In this document: in pieces, positions 49,443 to 60,000 of the stretch
Layout of the letters: each line of letters starts with the position of its first letter
Position numbering within the stretch: position 1 is the first letter of the stretch
From: Mobula hypostoma
Taxonomy: Eukaryota
Reading direction: 5' to 3'
Assembly (NCBI RefSeq): GCF_963921235.1
Contig: NC_086097.1
Coordinates: 191,644,001-191,704,000, forward strand
DNA: 60,000 nucleotides
Position numbers and translations under genes: made by a program
The notes under the pieces: model-generated
Seen by the model: the letters and a program-made list of their open reading frames with translations, nothing else
What the model was told of the DNA's origin: nothing
The model's database searches: none

Positions 49443-50760
49443 AACACCAAGCATTAGTAGTTGTTGATGCTGATGTGTAATCTTGCTGATAATATATTAT
49501 AACAATAGCTGTAGCTGGAATACAGCAAAAGGCTTTGTCTCTTATTTGTTACCTATGTACATTTTTAGGATTTGCTGTTCTACAATTAAATATTGAAATA
49601 TTTTTGCTTGATGCAACAGATTTATTAATCTGCCCTGCTAGGCTACCTTGTGCAATTAAGAATAGCTCAATCATTTATTTACAAATTGAGCTATTGGTTC
49701 TTCTGCAGATGCATTCTGTCTTGTAGCATTTGAGTTTTCTGTAAGTTGCATTCAGTTTGCATCTGGAAATATGTAGGAATAAGTTTTGTTAACTTGCATT
49801 ACACAGTGATGCAAAGTAATTGAAGCCATAGTTGCCCTGCAACATGCAGGCAAAGTAATTTTCCAAAACTAAATAAATAGACAAGTCTGAATGTTCTACA
49901 TACGATGATATTGGGTTTCTTTAAAGCTAAAGTGCTGGATTTTAATGGGTCTCTGTAGAGTAGACTAATTTAAGCTGAATGCTTAAATGTTCTCAAGCAA
50001 TGCAGTTTGTTTAAGCGAATGGACACAAGCACAGCATGTAAATTTTTTTTAGTTACCTCAGTTAAACATTTTACATTTTTATTGTATGCATACATTCAAT
50101 TTTGTCACTTTTCCAAACTAGCTGGAATTAATCTAAAGATTTGATTTGACAATCCCAAAATGTATGGCTATGTTTGCAAAGTTTTGACAAGGAAACAACA
50201 TTCACAGGTCACATGGTGCATGTTGTCTTTCAGTGTCCAAGTGTCATTTGTAGAAGATGCTTTCAATATATGGTGCCTTTTAACTATTGTTAAAATCAAA
50301 GCAACGAGTTTTGCTTCACTAATGTTGGTTCATTAAACTGCATGTCTTGGTTATGCAAAGTGCCTTGTTTTACAGGATTTGCAGGGGTGGTGGCCACATT
50401 TGTCAATTGATTTTATTTCAGAATTCAGTGTAGTATGTCAGAACTGCCTTTTTTTAAATAGGATGCATTTTTAATTTATGCTAGTAATTTGGATTCGGTT
50501 GCAAATCCCCTAAAGATGGATATTTAATTGGATTGTGGGTGTAATCTTCCATTGAAAATCTTGGGGTTATGTTTTGTTATACATCGTGTGCCAAATTTGT
50601 GAAGATTTTACTGCATGACTTAAAATACAGGCAACCATGTGGCTACCCACCATGTTAAGAACATTTTGTGTAGAAACAAAGCTTTCTGAAATTTGCATGT
50701 TTGAATTAAAGAAAATGCTGTTTCATTTTAAAATAAAGATTCTTTTGCCACTTGATATTT
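49443..50760 (+). other. SNX16: Probable SNX16 3' UTR
   Basis: AT-rich sequence free of transposable elements (TEs) after the stop, with AATAAA at 49872 and 50732. The 3' end is inferred. Confidence 0.55.
50732..50737 (+). terminator. Candidate polyadenylation signal AATAAA
   Basis: Canonical hexamer followed about 20 nt later by T/GT-rich sequence; repeat-dense DNA resumes near 51.2 kb. Confidence 0.45.
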
Positions 50761-51299
50761 GGTGATCCTTGACTTTCAATAATCATGACTACTTCAGGTA
50801 CCCTCTAAATACTACTAAAACTTCATTTTCTCAGACATTGTTAAGTGATAGTTTAGATTAATTATAGATGATAGTTTGATCTTGGATCATTATGATAACT
50901 AGGCTGCAAATGAAGAAGATGGGTGGAGAAAAATCCAAAAAGCTAGAATTTTTGAAATCCATTATGGATAAAGTTACAGAAACCACCACTTGTAAATATA
51001 AATAATCTGTTGAAATGAAATGAATATTATGGCCTATTGAGATACTTGGCCAATCTAATTCACCAATTAACATTGGTGTTTGAAGTTACTAAGACAATTT
51101 GTAGTGGTTTGATTTTTGAAAACTTGATTTTCTTTCAGATGATCAAAACTTGTAACAATTATCCATTGCATATATAAAAAATTTGGTGGTTATAAAATCA
51201 GCCTGGTGATGAGAGAAGAAAGGACCTTTCAGAGTAGCACAGCACCAAAACAAGCCCTTCAGTTCAACTAGTATATGGTGATGTGTCCTTCCTACTAGG

Positions 51300-53010
51300 T
51301 AGATACTTGCTTGATCCCAAAGGAAATTAGTGTTACAGTAGCAGTATTACAAGTGCACAGATGTAAATATTAGAAGAGAAATAGAAAGAATGAAAGTTGT
51401 TTCAAACAGTCTAATAGGTCTTACAGGAGGGGAACATCGCTTCCCCAGCTATAGATTGACTCATTATAGAGCCTAATGGCTGAGGATAATAAAGACCTTG
51501 GCACTCTTTGGAGCAGTGCAGTTTTAGTCTCACTGAAAGTGCTCCTCTGTTCAGCCAAGGTGGCATACAGAGGGTGAGAAACATTGTCTAGAATTGCCAG
51601 GATATTTCCATAGGGTCCTTTGTTCTACCACAGCCTCCAGTGTGTCCAGTTTGACTTCTATAACAGAGCCAGCCTTTCTAATCAGTATATTGTGCCTGTT
51701 GGAATCACCTGTGATGCCATTGCCCCAGCACACCACAGCATAGAAGATTGTACTGGCGCCAACAGACTGGTAGAACATGTGAAGGAGAGGCCTACATACT
51801 CCAAAGGGCCTCAGTCTCCTGAGGAAGTGGAGGTGACTCTGGCTCCTCTTGAACAAAGCCTCTGTTGGTTCTCTACTCAAGTCTGTCATCCAGGTGCTTG
51901 TAGGCCCTCACCACATCCATGTCTTCACCTCAGTGGTAACAGGGAGCAAGCAGGCTTAGTCTTCCTAAAGTCCATCACCATCTCCTTTCGTTTTACTGAT
52001 GTTGAGCGGCAGCTGATTCAGCTTGCACCATTTGACAAAGTCCTCCACCAGGGCCCTGTATTCATCAACCTGTCTTCCCTTTATACACCCAACAATTGCT
52101 GAGTCAGAGAATTTCTGGTTGACATGACTTGGTGTTGTCTCTAAAGTCTGTGATATACAGGGTAAACAGGAAGGGAGCCAATATAATCCTATGTGGAGCC
52201 CCGTTGCTGCTTATAGCCATGTCTGACACACAGCTCTGAAGCCACAAAAACTGTGGTCTGCCAGTCAGGTAGGCCATTATCCAGGATGTGATGGAAGTGC
52301 CATTCTTCATTGAACGGGGCTTTTCCTCCAGCAAAGAGGGCTGTATGGTATTGAAGGCACTTGAAACATCAAGACATGATCGTCACAGTGCAGCCCTGCT
52401 TACCAAATAGGAGTAGGTTCTGTTCAGCAGATAGATGACAGCATCATTAACTCCAATGTGCTCTTGGTAAGCAAAAGACAGGGGCATCCAAGGCAGATCT
52501 GACAAGGAATCAGAGGTCAGCCAGCACCAGCCTCTCTAGGGTCTTCATGATGTGAGGTCAGGTCCACTGGAATTCAAGACTTTCGATTGGCCCTTGGCTA
52601 CTGGGACCACACATGTTTTCCACACAGGACCCTTTCGAGGCTGTGAATCAGATTGAAAATGTGCTGGAGAACTCCACACAACTTAGGACCTTGGGGTTCA
52701 CACCATCTGGTCCAAATGCTTTGCCATGTCTGAGTTTCCCCTGAGCCCTTCTCACCTGCTCAGTAGTGAACCTGAGTCCATGATGACTGGGGAGTTGATG
52801 GAAGGTGGGGACGAGAGCAGTTGGTATATGGAGGTGTGGATTGTAGGTGCAGGGCAAGGATGTGATGCAGATGGTTGTAACCTGTGTTGTTCGTCCACAC
52901 GTTAAATTGGAGGGGGGAGGAGGGGAAGAGTTGGTGCAGAGGGAGTATTGGTGCCTCTGCCCCTGGACTGATGTGCTGGTAGGGGCGTCGGTGTGAACTA
53001 TTTCCATTTG
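51300..53010 (-). mobile_element. Decayed Rex1/Babar-type LINE
   Basis: GKAFGPDGVNP, WIMAYLTGRPQF, ILAPFLFTLY and LHFLRRLRPFGV remnants. Confidence 0.8.
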
Positions 53011-55900
53011 CCTGTTTTGGCCCATAACCCACCAAGCCCTCCCTCTCCATGTCAAACCAATTATCTCAAAAATGTTAGAAATATACCTGCTTTCTCTGGC
53101 AGCTCATTCTAGCTACTTACTACCCTTTATGTAAAGAAGTTTCCCCTCAGATCTCTTATTTAAATTTTTCCCTTGTATCTGTGTCCCCTGGCTTTGGATT
53201 CCCCACCCCTTGAGGAAAAGAGCTTATCGATACCCTGGATGATTTTATTAAGATCCATTATAGCCAACTTCTCGCTATAACACAGGCCTTCTAATCCAGA
53301 TAGCATTATTCAATCCCTTTTGCACCTTCTCCATCTTGACAATGTCTTTTCTGTAACAGGCTGATCAAAACAGTACACTGCTCAAAGTGCAGCTTTAACA
53401 ATAATGTATACTATATAACTGTAACATAATGTTCCTACTCCTAAACTCATCCTGACTGAAGGCCAGCATGCCAAATGCTGCTTTCACCACCCTGATTACT
53501 TCTACAGCTGCTCTCTGAATTATTCACTTGGACTCACAGGGCCCTCTGTTCCACAACACTCATTAGTGCCCTGTCATTCATTCCAGGGGTGTAAATATCC
53601 AAAATGCATCACTTCACACTTAACTAAATAGAAATCAATTTGCTATTCCTCAGCCCATCTTCCTAACTGTTCAAGGTATCTTGTAACCTCAATGAGACCC
53701 CCTAATTTTGCATTATCAACAAACTAACTAATCATGCCATGTACAGTTGCAAGAAAAAGTTTGTGAACACTTTGCAATTACCTGGTTTTCTGCATTAATT
53801 ACTCATAAAATGTGGTCTAATCTTCATCTAAATCACAATATTAGACAAACACAATCTGCCTAAACTAACAGCATGCAACAATTTCTCGTCAATACTGAAT
53901 ACACCATTTAAACAAAGTGAACCTCGCGTAATGCCTTCTACAAAAACTATTTGGAGTCAGGTGCTCCAATCAATGTGCTGAGTTTGCAGGTGGGACCTGC
54001 CCTATCAAAAAAACAAAGTCAGGTTACTGACAGAACCTGCTCTTCTCAAGAAAGATCTGTTTATGTGCGCCATGCCGCAATCAAAACAACTTTCGGAGGA
54101 CCTTAGAAAAAGAACTGTAGAGATGCATCAAGCTGGAAAAGGCCACAGAAGTATTTCTAAAGACCTGAGTGTTCATCTGTCCACAGTAAGAGAAATTGTC
54201 TACTAAGCGTCCTGCAAAGATCACACCAAAAGCAACAATGTGCAATGTTGAAGTAGGTAAAAAAGAACCCAAAGGTAATTACAGAAGACCTGTACAAATC
54301 TCTAGAAACTTCTAAAGTCTGTTCATGTGCCAAGAAAGACACTGAACAAGAATGGTGTTCATGGAAAGACACCATGGAGGAAACACTGTTCTCCAAAATA
54401 AATATTGCTGTACATCCCAAGTTGCTAAAGACCACCTGGATGTACCACAACCCTTCTGGGACTATGTTCTGTGGACAGATGAGACAAAAGTTGAACTTTT
54501 GGCAGAAATACACACCGCTACATTTGGAGGAAAAAGGACAGTGCACACCAGCACCAAACCCTCATCCCAACAGCAAAGCATGGTGGGAGGATCATCTGCT
54601 TTGCTGCCTCAGGCCCTGGATAGCTTGCCATCGCTGAGGGAACAATGACTTCAAAATTGTATCAAGACATTTTACAGGAGAATGTTAGGGTAGTGGTCCA
54701 TCACCTGAAGCGTAATAGAAGTTGGGTGCTGTAATAGGACAATGATCCGAAACACAAGAGTAAATTGACAATAGAATGGTTTAAAAAGAAGATCCGTGTT
54801 TTGGAATGGCCAAGTCAGAATCCAGACCTTAACCTAAGTGAGATGCTATGGCATGACCTGAAGAGGGCCATTCATGCAAGGCATCCCAGAAATATTGATC
54901 AACTGTAACAGTTTTGTACAGAGGAATGGTCTAAAATTCCTCCTTGTCATTGTTCAAATCTGATCAACAGCTACAGAAAATGTTTGGTAGAGACCATTCC
55001 TGCTAAAGGAGGTTCTACCAGTTACTAAATTCAAGAGTTCACATACTTTTTCCATCCTGGATTGTAAGTGATTAAGCAATGTGTTCAATAAAAGCATGAA
55101 AAGTACAATTGTTTGTGTATTATTTAAGCAGATTGTGTTTGACTATTATCGTGACTTAGATGGGGATCAGACCACATTTTATGAGTAATTAATGCAGAAA
55201 ACCGGGTAACTGCAATGGGTTCACAAACCTAAAAGCAATGTATGCTTCCTTCTTTTCTCCTAACCAGAGCCTCAGCATCTCTCATCAGCCAGGGCTCCTT
55301 GAATTTGGTATGTCGAACCTTCATCCTGAGAGGAACATGATTCCCCTGGACTCTTGGTATAATTTTTTAAAAGAGGCTCCCACTTGTCAGCTGTTCCTTT
55401 GCCTGTAAATAGAGTCACTTGGTTAACCATAGCCAGATTCTGACTACTTCCCTCAAAGTTGGCCCTGCTTCTGTTCAGGACTTTAACCTGTGGGCCTGTT
55501 CATTTTTTCTTTAACTATTCTAGAACCAATGGTCACAGAACCCAAAGTGCAACCCAGCTATCATTCAAGTTATTCAGTCTTCCTTATTCCCCAAGAGGTT
55601 GCTGCTTCCTGAGTAGATTGCTCTATATATTGCATGAGGAAACAGTCTTCAACAACACCACACTAATTCTGACCTGCCTAGGCTCTGACTCTGGATGGCC
55701 CAGTCAGTACTGGAAAAATTGAAATCTCCCACTAATACTCGCCCACTATTCTCACAACTACATGCAATTTCTTGACTCATCTGCTTCTCAAGTGCCTGCT
55801 GGTTATTGGTAAGCTTATAACATAGCCCTACCAAAGTGAACATCCCCTTCTCATTTCTAGGTTCTACCCAAAAGACCACTCAAAGATATCCTTTGTAAGA
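53010..55900 (-). mobile_element. Decayed CR1 LINE split by Tc1
   Basis: CR1 3' RT remnants at 53010-53740 and endonuclease remnants (VLVGDFNF..TDW) at 55230-55880. Confidence 0.6.
53744..55229 (+). mobile_element. Tc1 transposon, near full length, inactive
   Basis: Left TIR ta|cagttgcaagaaaaagtttgtgaac with a long inverted counterpart at about 55080-55229. Transposase pseudogene 54072-55028: MPQSKQLSEDLRKR..., [24 protein letters not shown], with stops and frameshifts. Confidence 0.9.
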
Positions 55901-56924
55901 TCTGCTGTTATATCCTCTTTTATAAAGGCCAAACCACCACCCCCCACCCCCACCTGCCCTGCCCTACACTCCTACCTGTTCCTCTGACATGCCTAAAGCA
56001 TCAGTATCCTGAAACATTGGGCTGCTCTCTCTCTCAATGTTTCTATTATGGCCACGATATCCCAGTCCCTTGAGGCAATCCAGGCCAAATAATTACATCT
56101 GGTTGATATGAGTACTGACAAAAGTTAGTAGACAATGCAAATTTATTTAAGATATAAAATATAGAACAGTACAGGATGAATTGAAAAGATTTAATGACCC
56201 TGGTGTTATAAAAGGGACTACACATTTTGTTCGATCTCAGGAGTATATTTGTGGGTGCCAATATTAACAATGTTCTAAATACATTGCAAAAAAAAAAGTG
56301 ACAACACTCTCAACATTTGCTTCCTGATTTATGTCTGTCATGGCATAAATGTTTGCCAAGCACAAATTTGCATAACTTAAGTCTAGTTGAAACTGCTTTG
56401 GACTTGGTCACTTGGCAAATACCTTTCTCCATCACATACTCGTGGCAAAGAACTGTACTCAATAGTTGCTACAATTGCTATCTTGCCTTTAAATTGTTGG
56501 TATTAAAGTGCTCATTTTAATGCACACTTCATTATCACACTTATTTTCAGTACCTCATGATTGCATTCCAGCCTGCTGGGATAAAATACCTCTGCAGTCA
56601 TCTTGAAAAAATTAGAAGCATAACTGTGTTACATATTTCTAATTACCTGGCAGATTTAAAAATCACAGTTGGAAAAAAATGTGTGTTGGCTAGCTGAATG
56701 TATAGTACTGTAACCTCTTTTATTGTGATATGGTGGTGGGACCCTCAGCTCCCTTTTACAATATCTTTTTTCATGGTTTGTACTGACACTCAATTGTTTC
56801 CAAAGATTTAAAAACAAACTCATCGGTGGTATTTTCAGAGATGACTGAAAACTTTGCTTGTTCTAGATGTGCCATTTATCTCTGTGTAAAATTTATACCC
56901 CACTCCCAAGAAAATTAGCTATCT

Positions 56925-57410
56925 ACCATAGTTCCCTGAAAGTGGCAGCACAAGTAGATAGGGTGGTGAAAGCATACTTGTCTTCATAAATCAGGACATA
57001 GAGTGTAAAATTTCAGATATGTTGCAACTTGCATTATGGTGTGCAGTTCTGGTAGCCACACTGTGAAGGATGTGGTTATGTTAGACACAGAGGAAATTTA
57101 CCAGAATGTTGCATGGAATGAGAGACTTCAGATTTGGAGAGAAATTGAATAGGCAGGGCTTGTTTTCCCTGCAGCGAAGGAGACTGATGGGTGACTTAGA
57201 GGCATAGCTAGGGTAGATGGCCAATCTTTATTCCCACAGCAGGTGGACAAGTAAGACATTCAGTAGGTTTTAATGTGAGAGCAATGTTTTTGAAGGGACC
57301 AAAGAGTTTTAAGTTTTTACACAGGTATGTGCTGCCAGAAGAAGTGGTGGAATTAGATGCAATTCCTATGCTTAAGATGCTTGTAGATATGCATTCTATT
57401 AGGTAAGGAT
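56925..57410 (+). mobile_element. Degenerate CR1 3' fragment
   Basis: ccctgaaagtggcagcacaagtagatagggtggtgaa...tgtgcagttctggtagccac, typical of CR1 ORF2 ends. Confidence 0.6.
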
Positions 57411-57549
57411 AGAATTCTCGTGTTACTGACTGATTCTGAAGTTTTTCAAATAGATATTAAAGTCAATAGTTGTATAAGAAAGGTAGTTCTAAATCAGCAT
57501 TTCTTTAAATCCAAGAAAAAGTCACTTATGAATTATACAGAAAAAAAAC

Positions 57550-57710
57550 CATTCCATTCTGGCTTCTTCCCTCGTCCTTTCTGGTCTGATGAAGGGTCTC
57601 AGCCCAAAACATTGACTGCCTATTTATTTCCATAGATGACTTGCTGAGTTCCTTCAGCATTTTGTGTGCATTGCTTTGGATTTCCAGCATCTGCAATCTC
57701 TTGTGTTTAA
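57550..57710 (+). mobile_element. Penelope-like terminal fragment with a decayed hammerhead-like motif
   Basis: ctgatgaagggtctcagcccaaaacattgac...tgctgagttccttcagcattttgtg. Confidence 0.6.
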
Positions 57711-57829
57711 GATTACTTCCATTCCTACAATCTTTTTCAAAAAAACTTCAAGTACAAAGTAAAACCTTAACTTTGCCTTTCTAAAATTGCTACAATTAAG
57801 AGAAATGCAGCCTCTGTATAATTAATTGC

Positions 57830-58950
57830 AGACTACAGTCAGTTCAAATTGGCAACATCTCCTCCATGTTCTTTATCAGCACAGGTGCACCACAAGGCTG
57901 TGTGCTTAGCCCTCTGCTCTACTTGCTTTACACTTATGACTGTGTAGCTAAGAACAGCTTCAATGTCATATTCAATTTTGATAATGACACCAATGTCAAG
58001 GGCCAAATCAAAGATCGTGATGAATCAGCATATAGAAGGAAAATTGAAAATCTGGCTGAGAGGTGTTATAAAAATAACCTCTTACTCAGTGTTAGCAAGA
58101 CCAAGGAACTGATAATAGATTTCAGGAAAAGGAAACCAGAGGTCCATGAGCCAGTCCTCATCGAAGGATCAGAGGTGGAGACGGTTAGCAACTTTAAGTA
58201 CCTAGGTATTATCATTTCAATTACCTGTTTTGGGCCCAGCATGTAAGTACAATTACAAAGAAAGCATGGCAGCATCTCTACTGCCTTAGGAGTTCATGGA
58301 GATTTAGCATGGTATCTAAAACTTTGACAAACCCCTCTAAATATGTAGTGGAGAGTATATTAAACTGGCTACATCATGGCCTGGTATGGAAGCACCAACG
58401 GAAAATTCTACAAAAAGTAGTGGATATGGCCCAGTCCATTACGGGTAAATCCCCTTACCATTGAGCACATCTACATGAAACACTGTCGCAGAAAAGCAGC
58501 ATCCATCATCAGAGACCCTCACCACCCAAGACATGTTCTTTTCTTGCTGCTGCCATCAGGAAGAAGGTACAAGAGGCTTAGGACTTGCAAAACCAGGTTT
58601 AGAAACAGTTCCTACTCCTCAATCATTAGGCTTTTGAACAAAGGGGTTTGACTTCACCCAACTTCATTTGTCCCATCATTGAAATGTTCCCTCAACCAAA
58701 GGACTTACTTTCAAGGACCCTTCATCTCATTTTATCCATATTTATTGCTTATTTATTTATATTACTATTTCTTCTTTTTGCATTTGCACAATTTCTTGTC
58801 TTCTGCACGCTGGTTGAAAGCCCTGGTGTGGTGTTCATTCATTCATTCGGTATTCAGCAGATTTGTTGAGTATGCCCACAAGAAAATGAATCTCAGGATT
58901 GTATATTGTGATATATGTGTACTTTGATATTAAAATTTATTTTGGACTTT
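57830..58950 (+). mobile_element. Rex1-type LINE RT fragment
   Basis: STGAPQGCVLSPLLYLLYTYDCV...KTKELIIDFRK...FKYLGIII. Confidence 0.82.
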
Positions 58951-59229
58951 GTAATTCTGGCTCTTCATCATATTGGGATCTAAAGTGAGTTGGTATATTA
59001 ATCTGTTCAATGTATGCAAGGGAACCCTCAATTTTCTTATGGGAGCAGTTGAAGTTTCAGGAACATTAATTTTGACCAAATTTGCTGTTTAAAATGGATT
59101 AAACATCAGATAATACAGGATGGTAAATATTATTGCAATAATGAATTTAAATTTCCTCAAAGTATGTAAAAATAAAACAAAGCAATGCAGGTAAACCACC
59201 CCCGCCACCCCACAAGGTTATAGTGGGTC

Positions 59230-59922
59230 CATTTATTTTTGTCTGCTCAACATACTCTTTGTATGTGTCCTACTTCATTGCATTTTCTGCAAGTTTCACC
59301 TTTAAACCTGGTTTAGCCTGGTGTACGTGATGGCCTGCCACAACAATTTGTTTGGCCAGGCCAGTTTCTGTTTTGACATTACATTTTTGTCCATGCTCAC
59401 ATTTATTCCTGACTGTAATTCAATTGCATCTCTGTCTGCTTTTCCATTGATATAGCTATTTCAACTGCTTTTTAAAATACAAGTTGTGCTTCAATTCGGA
59501 GCTGCTTTTGAATGCTTTAAGATTCCACAAACTGAATGATCTCTCAGTGCATCACTAAGCCCATTTCCAAACTGACAATGCTTAGACAACTTCTTCAATT
59601 CAGCCACATACGCCTAAATATACTTTCTTTCCTTTTGACTTAGATTATGGAACCTAAGGAATTCTATTACCAATAATGGTTTGATCCTAAATGTTCCTGC
59701 ATTACTTTCACGATATCCGCAAAGGTCAATTTCAGCTGTTTTGGCTGGAGCAGTCAAACTTCTAAGCAAACTGTATGCCTTAATATCCAATGCACTCAGC
59801 AAAAACGGCACCTGCTTTACATTTGCATTTGCTTTACAATACTGGTCAATATCCTCAGTATACAATATCCAGTTATCTCTTACACTATCGAGCATATCTG
59901 TCTTTCTGATGTAGCCAGCCAT
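59230..59922 (-). pseudogene. Gypsy/Ty3 LTR retrotransposon gag remnant
   Basis: MAGYI...NWILYTE..DQY..AN...LLS...AYSLLRSLTAPAK, and a zinc knuckle CRKCNEVGHIQRVC at about 59250-59291; frameshifted. Confidence 0.78.
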
Positions 59923-60000
59923 TTCTTTTCTTTTTAAATGTATGATTATTAGTATCACCTGGCACTCACTGTTATGAACCAAGAATGTGTCCATTTTCTC

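Noticed and set aside
54072..55028. Active Tc1 transposase
   Set aside because: It has multiple in-frame stops, frameshifts and deletions, and the outer part of the right TIR is missing.

Overview
This is eukaryotic (vertebrate) genomic DNA, most likely from a cartilaginous fish such as a ray or shark, judging by its HER1/CR1 LINEs, HE1-type V-SINEs and Penelope remnants. The window holds the complete coding region of one gene, sorting nexin 16 (SNX16), on the + strand. It has seven canonical GT-AG coding exons (6796-7176, 37210-37296, 42159-42307, 43833-43902, 45882-46018, 47046-47162, 49337-49442) that join in frame to 348 aa, including a PX domain and a coiled coil. The non-coding first exon and promoter are not identifiable here. 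The rest is intron and flank densely filled with decayed transposons: CR1 and Rex1/Babar-type LINEs, Penelope, Tc1, Tigger/pogo, hAT, solo LTRs and a Gypsy gag. Several are nested three levels deep with readable target-site duplications (TSDs). The most notable observations are: (1) a candidate 29-nt SNX16 micro-exon whose frameshift is exactly compensated by a tandem splice acceptor 5 nt downstream in the last exon; (2) a 16-codon uORF whose stop overlaps the SNX16 start codon (ATGA); and (3) a non-autonomous Tigger-like family with a long internal hairpin, one copy of which inserted inverted into another copy to form a ~1.4 kb inverted repeat. I found no evidence of a new multi-gene system.
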